Assembly: GCA_937867305.1 (NCBI GenBank)
Contig: CALMKJ010000025.1
Location: 12,196 to 76,195 of the forward strand
Direction of reading: 5' to 3'
Length of the DNA stretch: 64,000 nt
Source: an uncultured Ectothiorhodospiraceae bacterium
Lineage (GTDB): Bacteria > Pseudomonadota > Gammaproteobacteria > JAABTG01
Under the pieces are notes generated by a model, which was not told the origin of the DNA, did not search any database, and worked only from the letters and a program-made list of their open reading frames with translations. Positions 45,264 to 55,149 of this stretch are shown here, piece after piece (the stretch's first letter is position 1; every line of letters starts with the position of its first letter). Made by a program: the position numbers and the translations under genes.

Positions 45264-46172
45264 TCAGGGCTTGCCGAGGAAGGCTGCCACGGCGTCTGCG
45301 ACTTCCTCCGCGTACAGATCCCGGAAGAAATGGTCGGCACCGTCGACCACGGCCACCTCCACCCGACCCGGGGCGAGCAGGGGTCGGAAGGCCTGTTCGA
45401 GGCCGGGTAAGACGTCGTCCGCGCCCCCCACCAGGACGAGCACCGGAACGTCCGTTTTCGCGACCAGCGCCGGAGTGTCGAAGTGGGGGTCGTGGGCGTG
45501 ATAGGAGAGGAAGCTCTCCGCGGTGGCCGCGGTGCCTGCGCAGTACAGGATGTCCACCGGCTTCATCATCGCCTTGGGGTCGGAGGCGGCGAGCTTGCGT
45601 GCCGCCTCGACCAGCGGGCCGACGTCCTTCTTGAAGGCCCTCTGGTAACCGGCGGCGGTGGCGGCTGTGTCCTGGGTCATGGGCGCGATCAGGACCACCT
45701 TGTTCACCACCGGGTCACGGTGCTCGGCCGCGTACCAGGCCGTCTGGTTGCCACCGCGGGAGTGGCCGAGCACGGTGACGCTCGTGGCCCCCTTGGCCTT
45801 CAGCCAGCCGACCCAGGCCGCGATCTCGCTCACCGCGTCGGCGTGGCGGTGAGTGTGGGGGACGGAGCAGTCGTAGTTGCCCGCGCGTCTGTCGACCCCC
45901 AGCGAAAGGGTGATGGCGAGGCTGCTGACGCCCCGCTCCCGGAGCAGGTCCTGCAGGGACCGGGTGATCTCCATGCGCCCGTGGGCGAGCGTGCCGTGGG
46001 TGATGAGGACCACTCCGTCGGGGACGGTGCGGCCGTCGGCGAGCTCGAGATTCCCGTTGAGGGTGAGCCCGGCGTGGGGCAGCTCGACCTCCGCGGCTTG
46101 TGCCGGGAGGCCCAGCCCGAGCGCGAGCGTGAGGGGGAGGATCGCGAGGCAACGACGTGCAGGCATGTGCAT
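45264..46172 (-). CDS. Secreted alpha/beta hydrolase (dienelactone hydrolase-like)
   Basis: ATG 46172 (MHMPARRCLAILPLTLALGLGLPAQAAEV signal). Nucleophile elbow GHSRGG, later VGGADD...GADH acid/His region. Confidence 0.7.
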   Translation of the reverse strand: MHMPARRCLAILPLTLALGLGLPAQAAEVELPHAGLTLNGNLELADGRTVPDGVVLITHGTLAHGRMEITRSLQDLLRERGVSSLAITLSLGVDRRAGNYDCSVPHTHRHADAVSEIAAWVGWLKAKGATSVTVLGHSRGGNQTAWYAAEHRDPVVNKVVLIAPMTQDTAATAAGYQRAFKKDVGPLVEAARKLAASDPKAMMKPVDILYCAGTAATAESFLSYHAHDPHFDTPALVAKTDVPVLVLVGGADDVLPGLEQAFRPLLAPGRVEVAVVDGADHFFRDLYAEEVADAVAAFLGKP

Positions 46173-46277
46173 GGCTCGACCTCCAATGTTCGGATGGACT
46201 GTAGCGCGAATCGGATCTAACGTGTGCGCGGCGGACGCTGTGCAGCGGGACGGGAGAGGCCTGGAGAGGGGCAAGCC

Positions 46278-46667
46278 ATGACGGGAACGGGCAAGGGAAC
46301 GCGAGTCTACATACTCCAGCTCGTCGAGCAGCTGGGGCTCGCCCTCATCGTCGTCGCCACACTGGTGGCGGTCGGCGAAGAGGTGGCGAAGATGGTGTCC
46401 GCGCGCACCGTAACCCTCGCCGACATCCTGATCCTCTTCATTTATCTCGAGGTCATCGCGATGGTGGCGATCTACTTCGAGTCCCACCGCCTGCCGGTCC
46501 GGTTCCCCATCTACATCGCGATCGTCGCCCTGGCCCGATACCTGATCCTCGACGCGAAGACCATGGGCCCGTGGGGCCTGCTGGCCGTCGGCGGCACGAT
46601 CGTGCTGCTCGCGCTGGGGGTGCTGGTGCTCCGCTACGGGCACGTCAAGTTCCCCTACTCGGAGTGA
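46278..46667 (+). CDS. psiE: PsiE family (phosphate-starvation-inducible) membrane protein
   Basis: ATG 46278 with [54 protein letters not shown] resembles PsiE. 3' end overlaps zwf convergently by 13 bp. Confidence 0.7.
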   Translation: MTGTGKGTRVYILQLVEQLGLALIVVATLVAVGEEVAKMVSARTVTLADILILFIYLEVIAMVAIYFESHRLPVRFPIYIAIVALARYLILDAKTMGPWGLLAVGGTIVLLALGVLVLRYGHVKFPYSE

Positions 46668-48151
46668 CCCTCCCCGGAGACCCGGAGCGAGCCGCGCCAC
46701 GACTGCCCCTCCTTTTCGAAGAGGCGGCTCGCCTCGCGCGGGCCCCAGCTGCCGGCGGGGTAGGTCTGGATGAACTCGCGCTCCACGGACCAGACCTTGA
46801 GGATCGGGTCGACCACCTTCCAGGCACCCTGCACCTCGTCGTAGCGCAGGAACAGGGAACGGTCGCCGTGGAGGATATCCAGTAGCAGCGTCTCGTAGGC
46901 CTCCAGCCGGTAGTCCCCGACGGCGCAGGAACCCGTGTCCAGCTGGGTGGTGCGGGTGCGCATCTCGAGGCCCGCCTGTTTGACCTGGATCTCGGCTCGC
47001 AGGCATTGCTCGGGTTGGATCCCCACGAGCAGCCAGTTCGGGGTGAGCTCCTCGATCGGGGTCTCCCGGAAGAGTTGCTGCGGCGGGTGGCGGAAGCGGA
47101 TGGCGATCATGGAGATGTTCCTGGCCATGCGCTTGCCCGTGCGCAGGTAGAACGGCACCCCGCGCCAACGCCAGTTGTCGATGTAGATCCGGGCTGCGGC
47201 GTAGGTCTCGGTCGCGCTGTCACCCGGGACACCGGGCTCTTCGAGGTAGCCGCGGACCTTCTCCCCGTCGATCAGCCCGCGCCCGTACTGGGCCCGGAAG
47301 GCGTGGGCGTGGACCGAGCCCGCGGCGATGGGCCGGATGGAGCGCAGGACCTTCACCTTCTCGTCCCGCAGGCTCTCCGCCTCCAGGGACGCCGGGGGCT
47401 CCATGGCGACCAGGGTCAGCAGCTGCAGCAGGTGGCTCTGGATCATGTCGCGCAGGGCACCCGTGCCGTCGTAGAAGCCGGCGCGGTCTTCGATGCCGCG
47501 CTGTTCGGCGTGGGTGATCTGGACGTGGTCGATGTAGTTGCGGTTCCAGAGCGGCTCCAGCATGAGATTCGCGAAGCGGAACACGAGGACGTTCTGGACG
47601 GTTTCTTTCCCGAGGTAGTGGTCGATCCGATAGATCTGATGCTCGGCGAAGTCCCGCTGCAGGGCCCGGTCCAGCGCCTGCGCGCTCTCCAGGTCGTACC
47701 CGAACGGCTTCTCGACCACCAGGCGGCGCCAGCCGCCGTCCTCCCGGTTCAGGCCCACCCCGGCGAGCGCCCGAGCGGTCGGCCCGTACTCCGCGGGCGG
47801 GATGGAGAGATAGAAGACCACGTTGTCGGGCAGTCCCGGTTTTTCGGTGAGCGCCCGCGCCAGGTCCCGGAACGACTGTTCATCCCTCAGGTCCCCCCGG
47901 AAGTAGCGCAGCCGCTGCCGGAAGCGCTCGAGCACCGCCGGGTCCAGGCCGTCGCGCACCCGCGGCACGAGTGCCTGCTCGACCTCGGCGGCCCATCGCT
48001 CGGTGTCCCAGGGGCGCCGGCCGAAGGCCACGATCACCGAGCCCTCGGTGAGCTTGCCCACGGCCTCCAGGTGGTACAGCGCGGGCAGCAGTTTGTTGCG
48101 GGCCAGATTGCCGGCCGCGCCGAAGATGATGAGCGTGAAGGGTTCGTCCAT
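46655..48151 (-). CDS. zwf: Glucose-6-phosphate 1-dehydrogenase
   Basis: [21 protein letters not shown] (NADP site), RIDHYLGKE active-site motif, full-length 498 aa. Confidence 0.9.
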   Translation of the reverse strand: MDEPFTLIIFGAAGNLARNKLLPALYHLEAVGKLTEGSVIVAFGRRPWDTERWAAEVEQALVPRVRDGLDPAVLERFRQRLRYFRGDLRDEQSFRDLARALTEKPGLPDNVVFYLSIPPAEYGPTARALAGVGLNREDGGWRRLVVEKPFGYDLESAQALDRALQRDFAEHQIYRIDHYLGKETVQNVLVFRFANLMLEPLWNRNYIDHVQITHAEQRGIEDRAGFYDGTGALRDMIQSHLLQLLTLVAMEPPASLEAESLRDEKVKVLRSIRPIAAGSVHAHAFRAQYGRGLIDGEKVRGYLEEPGVPGDSATETYAAARIYIDNWRWRGVPFYLRTGKRMARNISMIAIRFRHPPQQLFRETPIEELTPNWLLVGIQPEQCLRAEIQVKQAGLEMRTRTTQLDTGSCAVGDYRLEAYETLLLDILHGDRSLFLRYDEVQGAWKVVDPILKVWSVEREFIQTYPAGSWGPREASRLFEKEGQSWRGSLRVSGEGHSE

Positions 48152-48154
48152 GGC

Positions 48155-49063
48155 CTATTTCTTTTCCACCGCGTGCCCGCCGAAGGCGTTGCGCATCATG
48201 GCCAGCAGGCGGTTGGCGTAGTCGCCCCGACCCTGGCTCGCGAAGCGCATGGCGAGCGCGAGGTTGATGACCGGGGTGGGGGTGCCCTGGTCGATGGACT
48301 CCACGGCGGTCCACCGCCCCTCGCCGGAGTCCGCCACGACGGGCGCGACGCCCTCCAGGGACGGGTCCTCGGAGAGCACATCGGCCGTGAGGTCCAGGAG
48401 CCAGCTCCGCACCACCGACCCGTGCTGCCACACCTCGGCGACGCGGGCGAGGTCGATCCCGAACTCCGTCTTGCCCTTCAGCAGCGCGAAACCCTCCGCC
48501 ATGGCCTGCATCATGCCGTACTCGATCCCGTTGTGGACCATCTTGGTGAAGTGGCCCGCCCCGACCGGACCCACCCGGGCCCACCCGCGGTCGGGCGCCG
48601 GCGCCAGGACCTTCAAGGCGGGCTCCAGGACGGCGACCGCCTCGGGGTCCCCCCCCACCATCAGGCTGTAGCCGTTCTCCAGCCCCCAGACTCCCCCGGA
48701 GGTGCCGGCGTCGACGTAGCGCAGACCGTGGCCAGCGACGCGTGCGGCGCGGCGTTGGGTGTCGTGATAGTTGGAGTTGCCGCCGTCCACGAGGATGTCG
48801 CCCGGGTCCAGCAGGTCCACGAGCGTCTCCACGTGTTCCTCCGTGACGCGGCCTGCCGGCAGCATCAGCCACACGACCCGCGGGCTGGCGAGCCTGGACA
48901 CGGCGTCCGCAGGGGAGAGGGCCGGGATCAGGCCCTCTTCGCGCGCGAGCTCGTCCACCACCGCGGCGGAGCGGTTGTGGCCAACCACCTCGATTCCGCC
49001 GCGGAGCAGACGCCGCGCCATGTTGCCGCCCATCCGGCCGAGGCCGAGCATCGCAAGTCTCAT
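48155..49063 (-). CDS. gnd: Short-form 6-phosphogluconate dehydrogenase (decarboxylating)
   Basis: MRLAMLGLGRMGGNMARRLL Rossmann start, GGNSNY, MVHNGIEYGMMQAMAEGF. About 300 aa YqeC-type. 3 bp upstream of zwf. Confidence 0.8.
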   Translation of the reverse strand: MRLAMLGLGRMGGNMARRLLRGGIEVVGHNRSAAVVDELAREEGLIPALSPADAVSRLASPRVVWLMLPAGRVTEEHVETLVDLLDPGDILVDGGNSNYHDTQRRAARVAGHGLRYVDAGTSGGVWGLENGYSLMVGGDPEAVAVLEPALKVLAPAPDRGWARVGPVGAGHFTKMVHNGIEYGMMQAMAEGFALLKGKTEFGIDLARVAEVWQHGSVVRSWLLDLTADVLSEDPSLEGVAPVVADSGEGRWTAVESIDQGTPTPVINLALAMRFASQGRGDYANRLLAMMRNAFGGHAVEKK

Positions 49064-49090
49064 GAAGTGTCTCCTCTCTCCTCGATGGGG

Positions 49091-50794
49091 CTAGCAGCGC
49101 TGCCGCTCGCCCAGACCTCTGACCCGGCGCCACAGGTGCCCGCAAGCCAGCTGCTCGCCTGTCATCACGTAGGCGAGGCTGGTGCAATAGGTGCAAGTCC
49201 AGCTCATCCGGTCCGGGACGCCCCATCCGCCAGCGAACAGAACCTCCTGTCCCTCGTGAAGTCTCGTCTGCGGGTCGGGCACGAGCTCGAGGGCCCCGTC
49301 CTGACTCAGCATCAGCGGGACGGCCGCCAGCTCCTGGCCCCGGTCCCTGGGGTCGCGCAGCAGGTGTGCCAGGCGCAGGTCCTTGCCCTGACGAAGGGCC
49401 GCCATGAGGGCGGGGCTGGTCTCGTCCGCGACGCGGACCGACCAGATGTCCGGCACCACGGACCCGATCAGACTGGCGAGACGTTCCACCAGGGCTTCGG
49501 CCCACGCCCGCGGCTGGCTGCGGGCGAGCACCAGGAAACGGGATAGCAGCGGCGTCGTGACGAGGGCCAGGACTTCGTGGCCCATGATGAGCCCACGCTG
49601 CATGACCAGGTCCGTGCGCGCCGCCTGGAACACCCCGTCGTTGGCCCGGCGATTCTGGCGTGCGACCAGGAACAGCTTCGGGTTCAGGGCCTGCGCCGTC
49701 ATCAGGATCGACAGGTTGTCGGCATCGTCGTCCGTCCCCGCCACGATTCCCGCGGCCTCTCTCACGCCCGCCTCGAGCAGCGTGCCGGCCTCGGTACCGC
49801 GCCCGCGCACGCAGTCCCCGCAACCGGTCTTCTCGGGCTCGGCCTCGACGATGCGCGTGGTGACCCCTTCGCCCTCCAGGCGGTGGCGCAACGCCTTTCC
49901 GAATCGCCCGTAGCCACAGAGGATCCAGGTCCCGTGGGGTGGGTAGATGACCGGCTCGAGGTGCGAGCGGGGGACGCCGGTGAGCCACTCGAAGAGCACG
50001 TGGGTCTCCGGCGAGTAGAGCGCCATCGCCAGTCGCTCGGCGAAGGCCTCGAAGGGATTGACGATGAAGTTGGTGCCGAAGGAGGCCATGTTGGCTGCGG
50101 TGTCTGGCGATTCGGCGCGGCAGATCACCGGGGTCTTCGGGGCCATCAGCTTCGCCGTGATGGCGACCGTCAGGTTGACCCGGTCGCGGTTGGTGAGGGC
50201 GAGGACCGCGGCGCAGTGTGCGTGGCGCAGCCCGCCCTCCACGAGGTGGCGCGGCACGCCCGCGTCGGCGGCCAGGGCAGGTACGTCGACGCCGAGCTCG
50301 TCGACCCGCAGCGCGCTGATGCGATCGGGGTCCACGTCGATCACGACGGCGCGCAGCCCGCGCTCCACCAGGCTGCGCACCAGCAGGCTGCCGGTGTCGC
50401 CGTAGCCGCAGACGAGATAGAACGGCTCGCGCAGCCGGCGCACTGCGCGTGTGAACCTCGTCTCGCGGAAGGCGCGCTGCAACGCGGGGTCCTGCATCAG
50501 TGCGACGATGCTGCCGAGGGCGTAGAACCAGGTGATGACCGTGATGTACACGGAAAAGGTCATCCACATCCGCTGTCCCGGCGTGAAGAGGTACGGCAGC
50601 TCGCCAAAGCCGATGGTGGTCGCGGTGTAGGTGACGACGTAGAAGGCGGAGAGGAAATCCATGCGCCACGGATTTCCCTTGTCGTCCAGACCGGGGATCA
50701 GGACGAAGCCCAGTATCGCGATTGCGCAGGTGACGATGAGCGCCAGCAGCGGCGCCCGCAGACGCCGCAGGACCAACGCAGTTACACGGGTCAC
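49091..50794 (-). CDS. Potassium channel with tandem RCK (TrkA-N) domains
   Basis: Two TM helices flanking pore helix and filter TTIGFGE, then two Rossmann RCK domains (LVCGYGDTGS...; ILCGYGRFGKAL...). Confidence 0.8.
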   Translation of the reverse strand: MTRVTALVLRRLRAPLLALIVTCAIAILGFVLIPGLDDKGNPWRMDFLSAFYVVTYTATTIGFGELPYLFTPGQRMWMTFSVYITVITWFYALGSIVALMQDPALQRAFRETRFTRAVRRLREPFYLVCGYGDTGSLLVRSLVERGLRAVVIDVDPDRISALRVDELGVDVPALAADAGVPRHLVEGGLRHAHCAAVLALTNRDRVNLTVAITAKLMAPKTPVICRAESPDTAANMASFGTNFIVNPFEAFAERLAMALYSPETHVLFEWLTGVPRSHLEPVIYPPHGTWILCGYGRFGKALRHRLEGEGVTTRIVEAEPEKTGCGDCVRGRGTEAGTLLEAGVREAAGIVAGTDDDADNLSILMTAQALNPKLFLVARQNRRANDGVFQAARTDLVMQRGLIMGHEVLALVTTPLLSRFLVLARSQPRAWAEALVERLASLIGSVVPDIWSVRVADETSPALMAALRQGKDLRLAHLLRDPRDRGQELAAVPLMLSQDGALELVPDPQTRLHEGQEVLFAGGWGVPDRMSWTCTYCTSLAYVMTGEQLACGHLWRRVRGLGERQRC

Positions 50795-50807
50795 GGTACC
50801 AACCCCC

Positions 50808-51191
50808 TCAGCGCCGCAGCATCACCGTCTCGATGATCAGCAGCACGACCGAGATGACGTTGGCGATCACGGCCCCCCCGGCGAGGGCGACCACGCTCGC
50901 GACGGCTTCCGGCGCGGCGGCGTCGGCCGCGACGTTTACCGAATAGCCCCAGGCAATGGCCGCCGCCACCAGGCCGAGGTCGGCCACGAGGCTGGTCGCC
51001 AGCATCACGGCCCCCACCTGCGTGCGGTCCCCGAACTTCAGTACGGTGGCGATCAGGCTCACGACGATCGCCGCGAAGAGCTCGTAGACGTTGTGGTGGG
51101 CGGGGTTGTCGATATCGCCCATCACGAACCCGAAATTCAATGACAGGGCCAGGATGACGAAGAAGCCGAAGGCGACCTTTTCCTGATTCAT
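50808..51191 (-). CDS. Small 4-TM hypothetical membrane protein
   Basis: 127 aa, four hydrophobic segments. Ends 14 bp upstream of the K+ channel start. Confidence 0.5.
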   Translation of the reverse strand: MNQEKVAFGFFVILALSLNFGFVMGDIDNPAHHNVYELFAAIVVSLIATVLKFGDRTQVGAVMLATSLVADLGLVAAAIAWGYSVNVAADAAAPEAVASVVALAGGAVIANVISVVLLIIETVMLRR

Positions 51192-51477
51192 GGTTGGGGC
51201 TCTCCCTGAAGGTATTGGGGCTCTCGCTGGAGTTGGGGGGTGAGGCCGGTCTCGCCGGCGAAGCCGCAGCGCGCGGTGCGCCCGGAGTGGCGAGACCCGG
51301 TCGCCGCGGTCGAGTGTCTGAGGTCGCGCGGATTCATGGCGGTCGAGGGAGGACCCTTCGATTCTAGCAGCCCCACGGCGCGGACCCGCAGCCGTACCGC
51401 CTGGTCCCCAGGCCGGCTGGGCTTGCTAGAATCCCGGGACGGCTCATCCAGGGGAACCGGCGGGGGAGGGGAGCGAC

Positions 51478-51951
51478 GTGCAGCAGAAGACCATGTCCGA
51501 CTCGGAGCTCTGGGGCCCACTGCACCGGCTGACCATGACCACCATGGTCCGGCTGAACGGCCTGGCCCACCTGTTCATCGGGCTGGGTCTGGCCGGCGCG
51601 GTGGTGATGTTCACCTGGCTGTTCGTCGTGGACGTGGAGCGCGCGTTCCGCGCCGCCAGTCTGGCCCAGGGTTTTCTGCACGCCCTGGGCACCCTGCTGC
51701 TGTTGTGGACGGTCTCGGCGCTCATCTCGGCCGAGATCCGCTACCTGCGCGGGAACCCGCTGACGGTGGACACCTTCGTCGAGGTGGCCCTGGTCGTGAT
51801 CGTGCGGAAACTGATCTCGCTGCCCGTGCAGGAGGTCGCCCCGGCGCCCCTGGACTACCTGGCGTGGGTCGGGGCCGCGCTGCTGCTGGGTGTGCTCTAC
51901 CTGGTGGTTCGCCTCGGGCAAGGCCTGGCCCAGGGCAACTCGTCCACCTGA
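51478..51951 (+). CDS. PsiE-like membrane protein (second paralog)
   Basis: Four TM helices; GNPLTVDTFVEVALVVIVRKLISLP resembles the PsiE core. Divergent from the small membrane protein gene. Confidence 0.5.
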   Translation: MQQKTMSDSELWGPLHRLTMTTMVRLNGLAHLFIGLGLAGAVVMFTWLFVVDVERAFRAASLAQGFLHALGTLLLLWTVSALISAEIRYLRGNPLTVDTFVEVALVVIVRKLISLPVQEVAPAPLDYLAWVGAALLLGVLYLVVRLGQGLAQGNSST

Positions 51952-52000
51952 GCGCGGGGCCTGGCGTGTCAGCGCGCAGCGTCCCCCGCGAGGGCCGTCG

Positions 52001-54799
52001 ATGAGGTTGCTGCTCATCGTCCTCATCCCCCTCCTCGGGGCGTGGCTCCCGGCGCTCGCGGGACGCTGGGGGCGTGACGCGAGTGCCTGGACGGCCGCGG
52101 GTCTCGCCGCCACGGCGTTGGGGCTGACCGCGAGCGCCGGACCCGGGGTGTTCGACGGCCAGGCGCCGGCCGCCGCCTGGCCGTGGCTCCCGGCCCTCGG
52201 ACTCGAAGTGGCCCTGCGCATGGACGGGCTTGCGCTGCTCTTCGCCCTGCTCATTCCCGGGATCGGCCTGCTGGTGGTGCTGTACGCCCGCTACTACCTG
52301 GCCGAGGACGAGCCCATGGGCCGCTTCTACGCCCAGCTCTCGCTGTTCATGGGGGCCATGCTGGGCGTCGTGCTCGCGGACAACCTGCTCCTGCTCCTGG
52401 TCTTCTGGGAGCTGACGAGCCTGAGCTCTTTCCTCCTCATCGGCTTCTGGCATCACCGGGACGACGCCCGCCAGGGCGCGCGGATGGCGTTGATCGTCAC
52501 CGGGGGTGGAGGCCTGGCGCTACTCGCCGGCTTCCTTCTGCTCGGGGAGATGACGGGGAGCTACTCCCTCAGCGAGGTGCTCGCTTCCGGCGACGCCGTG
52601 AGGACCCACCCGCTCTATCCCGCGGCGTTGGTGCTGATCCTGCTCGGTGCCTTCACCAAGTCCGCGCAGTTTCCTTTCCATTTCTGGCTGCCCCAGGCCA
52701 TGGCGGCGCCGACCCCGGTCAGCGCGTACCTGCATTCGGCCACGATGGTCAAGGCCGGGGTGTTCCTGCTCGCGCGCCTGTTCCCGGTCCTCTCGGGCAC
52801 CGACCTCTGGCTGTTCCTCGTGGCCGGCACCGGTCTCGCGACCCTGCTCTTTGGAGCCTACACCTCGCTCTTCCAGCACGACGTGAAGGGCCTGCTGGCC
52901 TACTCGACCATCAGCCACCTGGGGCTCATCACCCTGTTGTTCGGCATGGGGACCCCCCTGGGGGCCGTGGCCGGGGTGTTCCACGTCCTGAACCACGCCA
53001 CGTTCAAGGCCTCGCTCTTCATGGCGGCGGGCATCATCGACCACGAGACCGGCACCCGCGACATGCGCAGGCTGAACGGCCTGTGGAGGTACATGCCCCA
53101 CACGGCCAGCCTGGCCACGGTCGCCGCGGCGGCGATGGCCGGTGTGCCGCTGCTGAACGGGTTCCTCAGCAAGGAGATGTTCTTCACCGAGATCCTGGTC
53201 CTCGAGGCGCACCCGGCGGTGGACTGGCTGTTGCCGGGGGCCGCGCTCCTGGCCGGGGTGTTCGCCGTCGCCTATTCGGCCCGGTTCGTTCACGACGTGT
53301 TCTTCAATGGCGAGCCTGTGGACCTGCCGAGGGTTCCCCACGAGCCGCCCGCGTACATGAAGGTGCCGGTGGAGGTCCTGGTGGCCACCTGCCTCCTGGT
53401 GGGGGTGTTCCCTGCGGGCACGGTGGCACCCCTGCTGGCCGTGGCCGCGACCGCCTCGGTGGGGGCGCCCCTGCCGGAGTACAGCCTGCAGGTCTGGCAC
53501 GGGCTCTCCGTACCGTTCGCCATGAGCGTGGCGGCGCTCGTCGGGGGCATCGCCGTCTACGCCGCTCGTCGCCATCTCTTCCGGCTCCACGACACCCTGT
53601 TCCCGCGCGTCGACGCCCGGGCGTGGTTCGAACGCTCCGTGCGTCTCGCCGCCTGGCAGGCGCGCCGCCTCACCGCGGCCCTCGAGAACGGGTCCCTGCA
53701 GGGCTACCTGGCGTGGCTCCTCGCAGGCGCGGTCGTCGCGGTCGCCACGGCCCTGGGCGCGGACGGTGGTCCGCTGGCGGGTCCGCTGCGTGTCGCACCG
53801 GTGGACCCGGTGACGGGTATCGGTGCGCTCGCGATCATCGTGGCGGCCGTCGTGACCGTGGTGCGCCACCGGGAGCGTCTCGTGGCCCTCGTGCACCTGA
53901 GCGTCGTGGGGCTCCTGGTCGCGCTGGGGTTCGCCCGGTTTTCCGGCCCCGACCTGGCGCTGACGCAGCTCTCGGTGGAGGTCGTGACGACCGTGCTCCT
54001 CCTGCTGGCCCTGTACTTCCTGCCGTCGTCCACGCCGCGCGAGTCCTCGCGCCTGCGGCGGGTCCGTGACCTGCTCGTTGCCGCGGGGGTGGGCGGGGGG
54101 GTCGGGTCGCTGACGTGGGCGGTGCTGACCCGTCCCTCCGAGACCCTGTCCGGCTTCTATGTGGACCAGAGCGTCCCGGGGGGCGGCGGAACGAACGTGG
54201 TCAACGTCATCCTGGTGGATTTCCGCGGGTTCGACACGCTGGGGGAGATCACCGTGCTCGGGGTGGCTGCACTCGGTGTGTACGCCCTGCTCGAGCGCCT
54301 CGTGCTGAGGCCGCCGGCGCGCGACGCGGCCGGCCGTGCCTGGGACCGGGACCCTTACCCACTGGTCGCGGCGATCCTGTCGCGGGTCCTCCTGCCGATG
54401 GCTCTCATGGTGTCCCTGTTCCTCCTGCTCCGAGGCCACAACGAGCCGGGCGGGGGGTTCATCGCGGGCCTGGTCACGGCCGCCGCCATCGTCCTGCAGT
54501 TCCTGGCGAGCGGAGTGGCCTGGACCCGGGAGCGCCTGCGGGGCGACGGCGCGGCGCTCATCGGCTGGGGCGTGTCGGTCGCAGCCCTGACGGGACTGGC
54601 GAGCTGGGCCTTCGGGCGGCCGTTCCTCACCTCGGCGCACGGTTACCTCCACCTGCCCCTCGTGGGGGAGGTCCCGCTCGCGAGCGCCATGGTCTTCGAC
54701 CTGGGTGTCTACCTGACCGTGGTGGGGGCGACGGTCCTGATCCTGGCCCGTCTGGGCAGGGTCGCAGTCCTCGGCCGCGCTGCGGAGGGGGAGGGTTGA
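52001..54799 (+). CDS. mrpA: Mrp Na+(K+)/H+ antiporter subunit A (fused A+B type)
   Basis: 932-aa polytopic protein with NuoL-like core (WLPQAMAAPTPVSAYLHSATMVKAGVFLLAR) plus C-terminal MrpB-like extension. Confidence 0.85.
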   Translation: MRLLLIVLIPLLGAWLPALAGRWGRDASAWTAAGLAATALGLTASAGPGVFDGQAPAAAWPWLPALGLEVALRMDGLALLFALLIPGIGLLVVLYARYYLAEDEPMGRFYAQLSLFMGAMLGVVLADNLLLLLVFWELTSLSSFLLIGFWHHRDDARQGARMALIVTGGGGLALLAGFLLLGEMTGSYSLSEVLASGDAVRTHPLYPAALVLILLGAFTKSAQFPFHFWLPQAMAAPTPVSAYLHSATMVKAGVFLLARLFPVLSGTDLWLFLVAGTGLATLLFGAYTSLFQHDVKGLLAYSTISHLGLITLLFGMGTPLGAVAGVFHVLNHATFKASLFMAAGIIDHETGTRDMRRLNGLWRYMPHTASLATVAAAAMAGVPLLNGFLSKEMFFTEILVLEAHPAVDWLLPGAALLAGVFAVAYSARFVHDVFFNGEPVDLPRVPHEPPAYMKVPVEVLVATCLLVGVFPAGTVAPLLAVAATASVGAPLPEYSLQVWHGLSVPFAMSVAALVGGIAVYAARRHLFRLHDTLFPRVDARAWFERSVRLAAWQARRLTAALENGSLQGYLAWLLAGAVVAVATALGADGGPLAGPLRVAPVDPVTGIGALAIIVAAVVTVVRHRERLVALVHLSVVGLLVALGFARFSGPDLALTQLSVEVVTTVLLLLALYFLPSSTPRESSRLRRVRDLLVAAGVGGGVGSLTWAVLTRPSETLSGFYVDQSVPGGGGTNVVNVILVDFRGFDTLGEITVLGVAALGVYALLERLVLRPPARDAAGRAWDRDPYPLVAAILSRVLLPMALMVSLFLLLRGHNEPGGGFIAGLVTAAAIVLQFLASGVAWTRERLRGDGAALIGWGVSVAALTGLASWAFGRPFLTSAHGYLHLPLVGEVPLASAMVFDLGVYLTVVGATVLILARLGRVAVLGRAAEGEG

Positions 54800-55149
54800 T
54801 GGAGGCCCTGGTCGCGCTCGTTGCCGGTGTCCTCGCCGCGTGCGGCGTCTACCTCCTGCTGCGGGCCCGCACCTATCCGGTGGTGCTCGGCCTCACCCTG
54901 CTTTCGTACGCCGTGAACGTCCTGTTGTTCGCGATGGGCCGGCTCTCCACCGGTGCCCCGCCCCTCATCGACGCCGCCGCGCCCGGCTATGTCGATCCCC
55001 TGCCGCAGGCCCTGGTCCTGACGGCGATCGTCATCGGTTTCGCCATGACGGCGTTCGTGGTGGTCCTCGCCCTGCGGGCGCTCGCGGACCTCGGCGGGGA
55101 CCATGTGGACGGGCGCCGCTGCCGGGGGCGGGAGAGGGAGCGGCCGTGA
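54799..55149 (+). CDS. mrpC: Mrp antiporter subunit C
   Basis: TGATG junction with mrpA. 116 aa, three TM, NuoK-like (LTAIVIGFAMTAFVVVLAL). Confidence 0.8.
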   Translation: MEALVALVAGVLAACGVYLLLRARTYPVVLGLTLLSYAVNVLLFAMGRLSTGAPPLIDAAAPGYVDPLPQALVLTAIVIGFAMTAFVVVLALRALADLGGDHVDGRRCRGRERERP

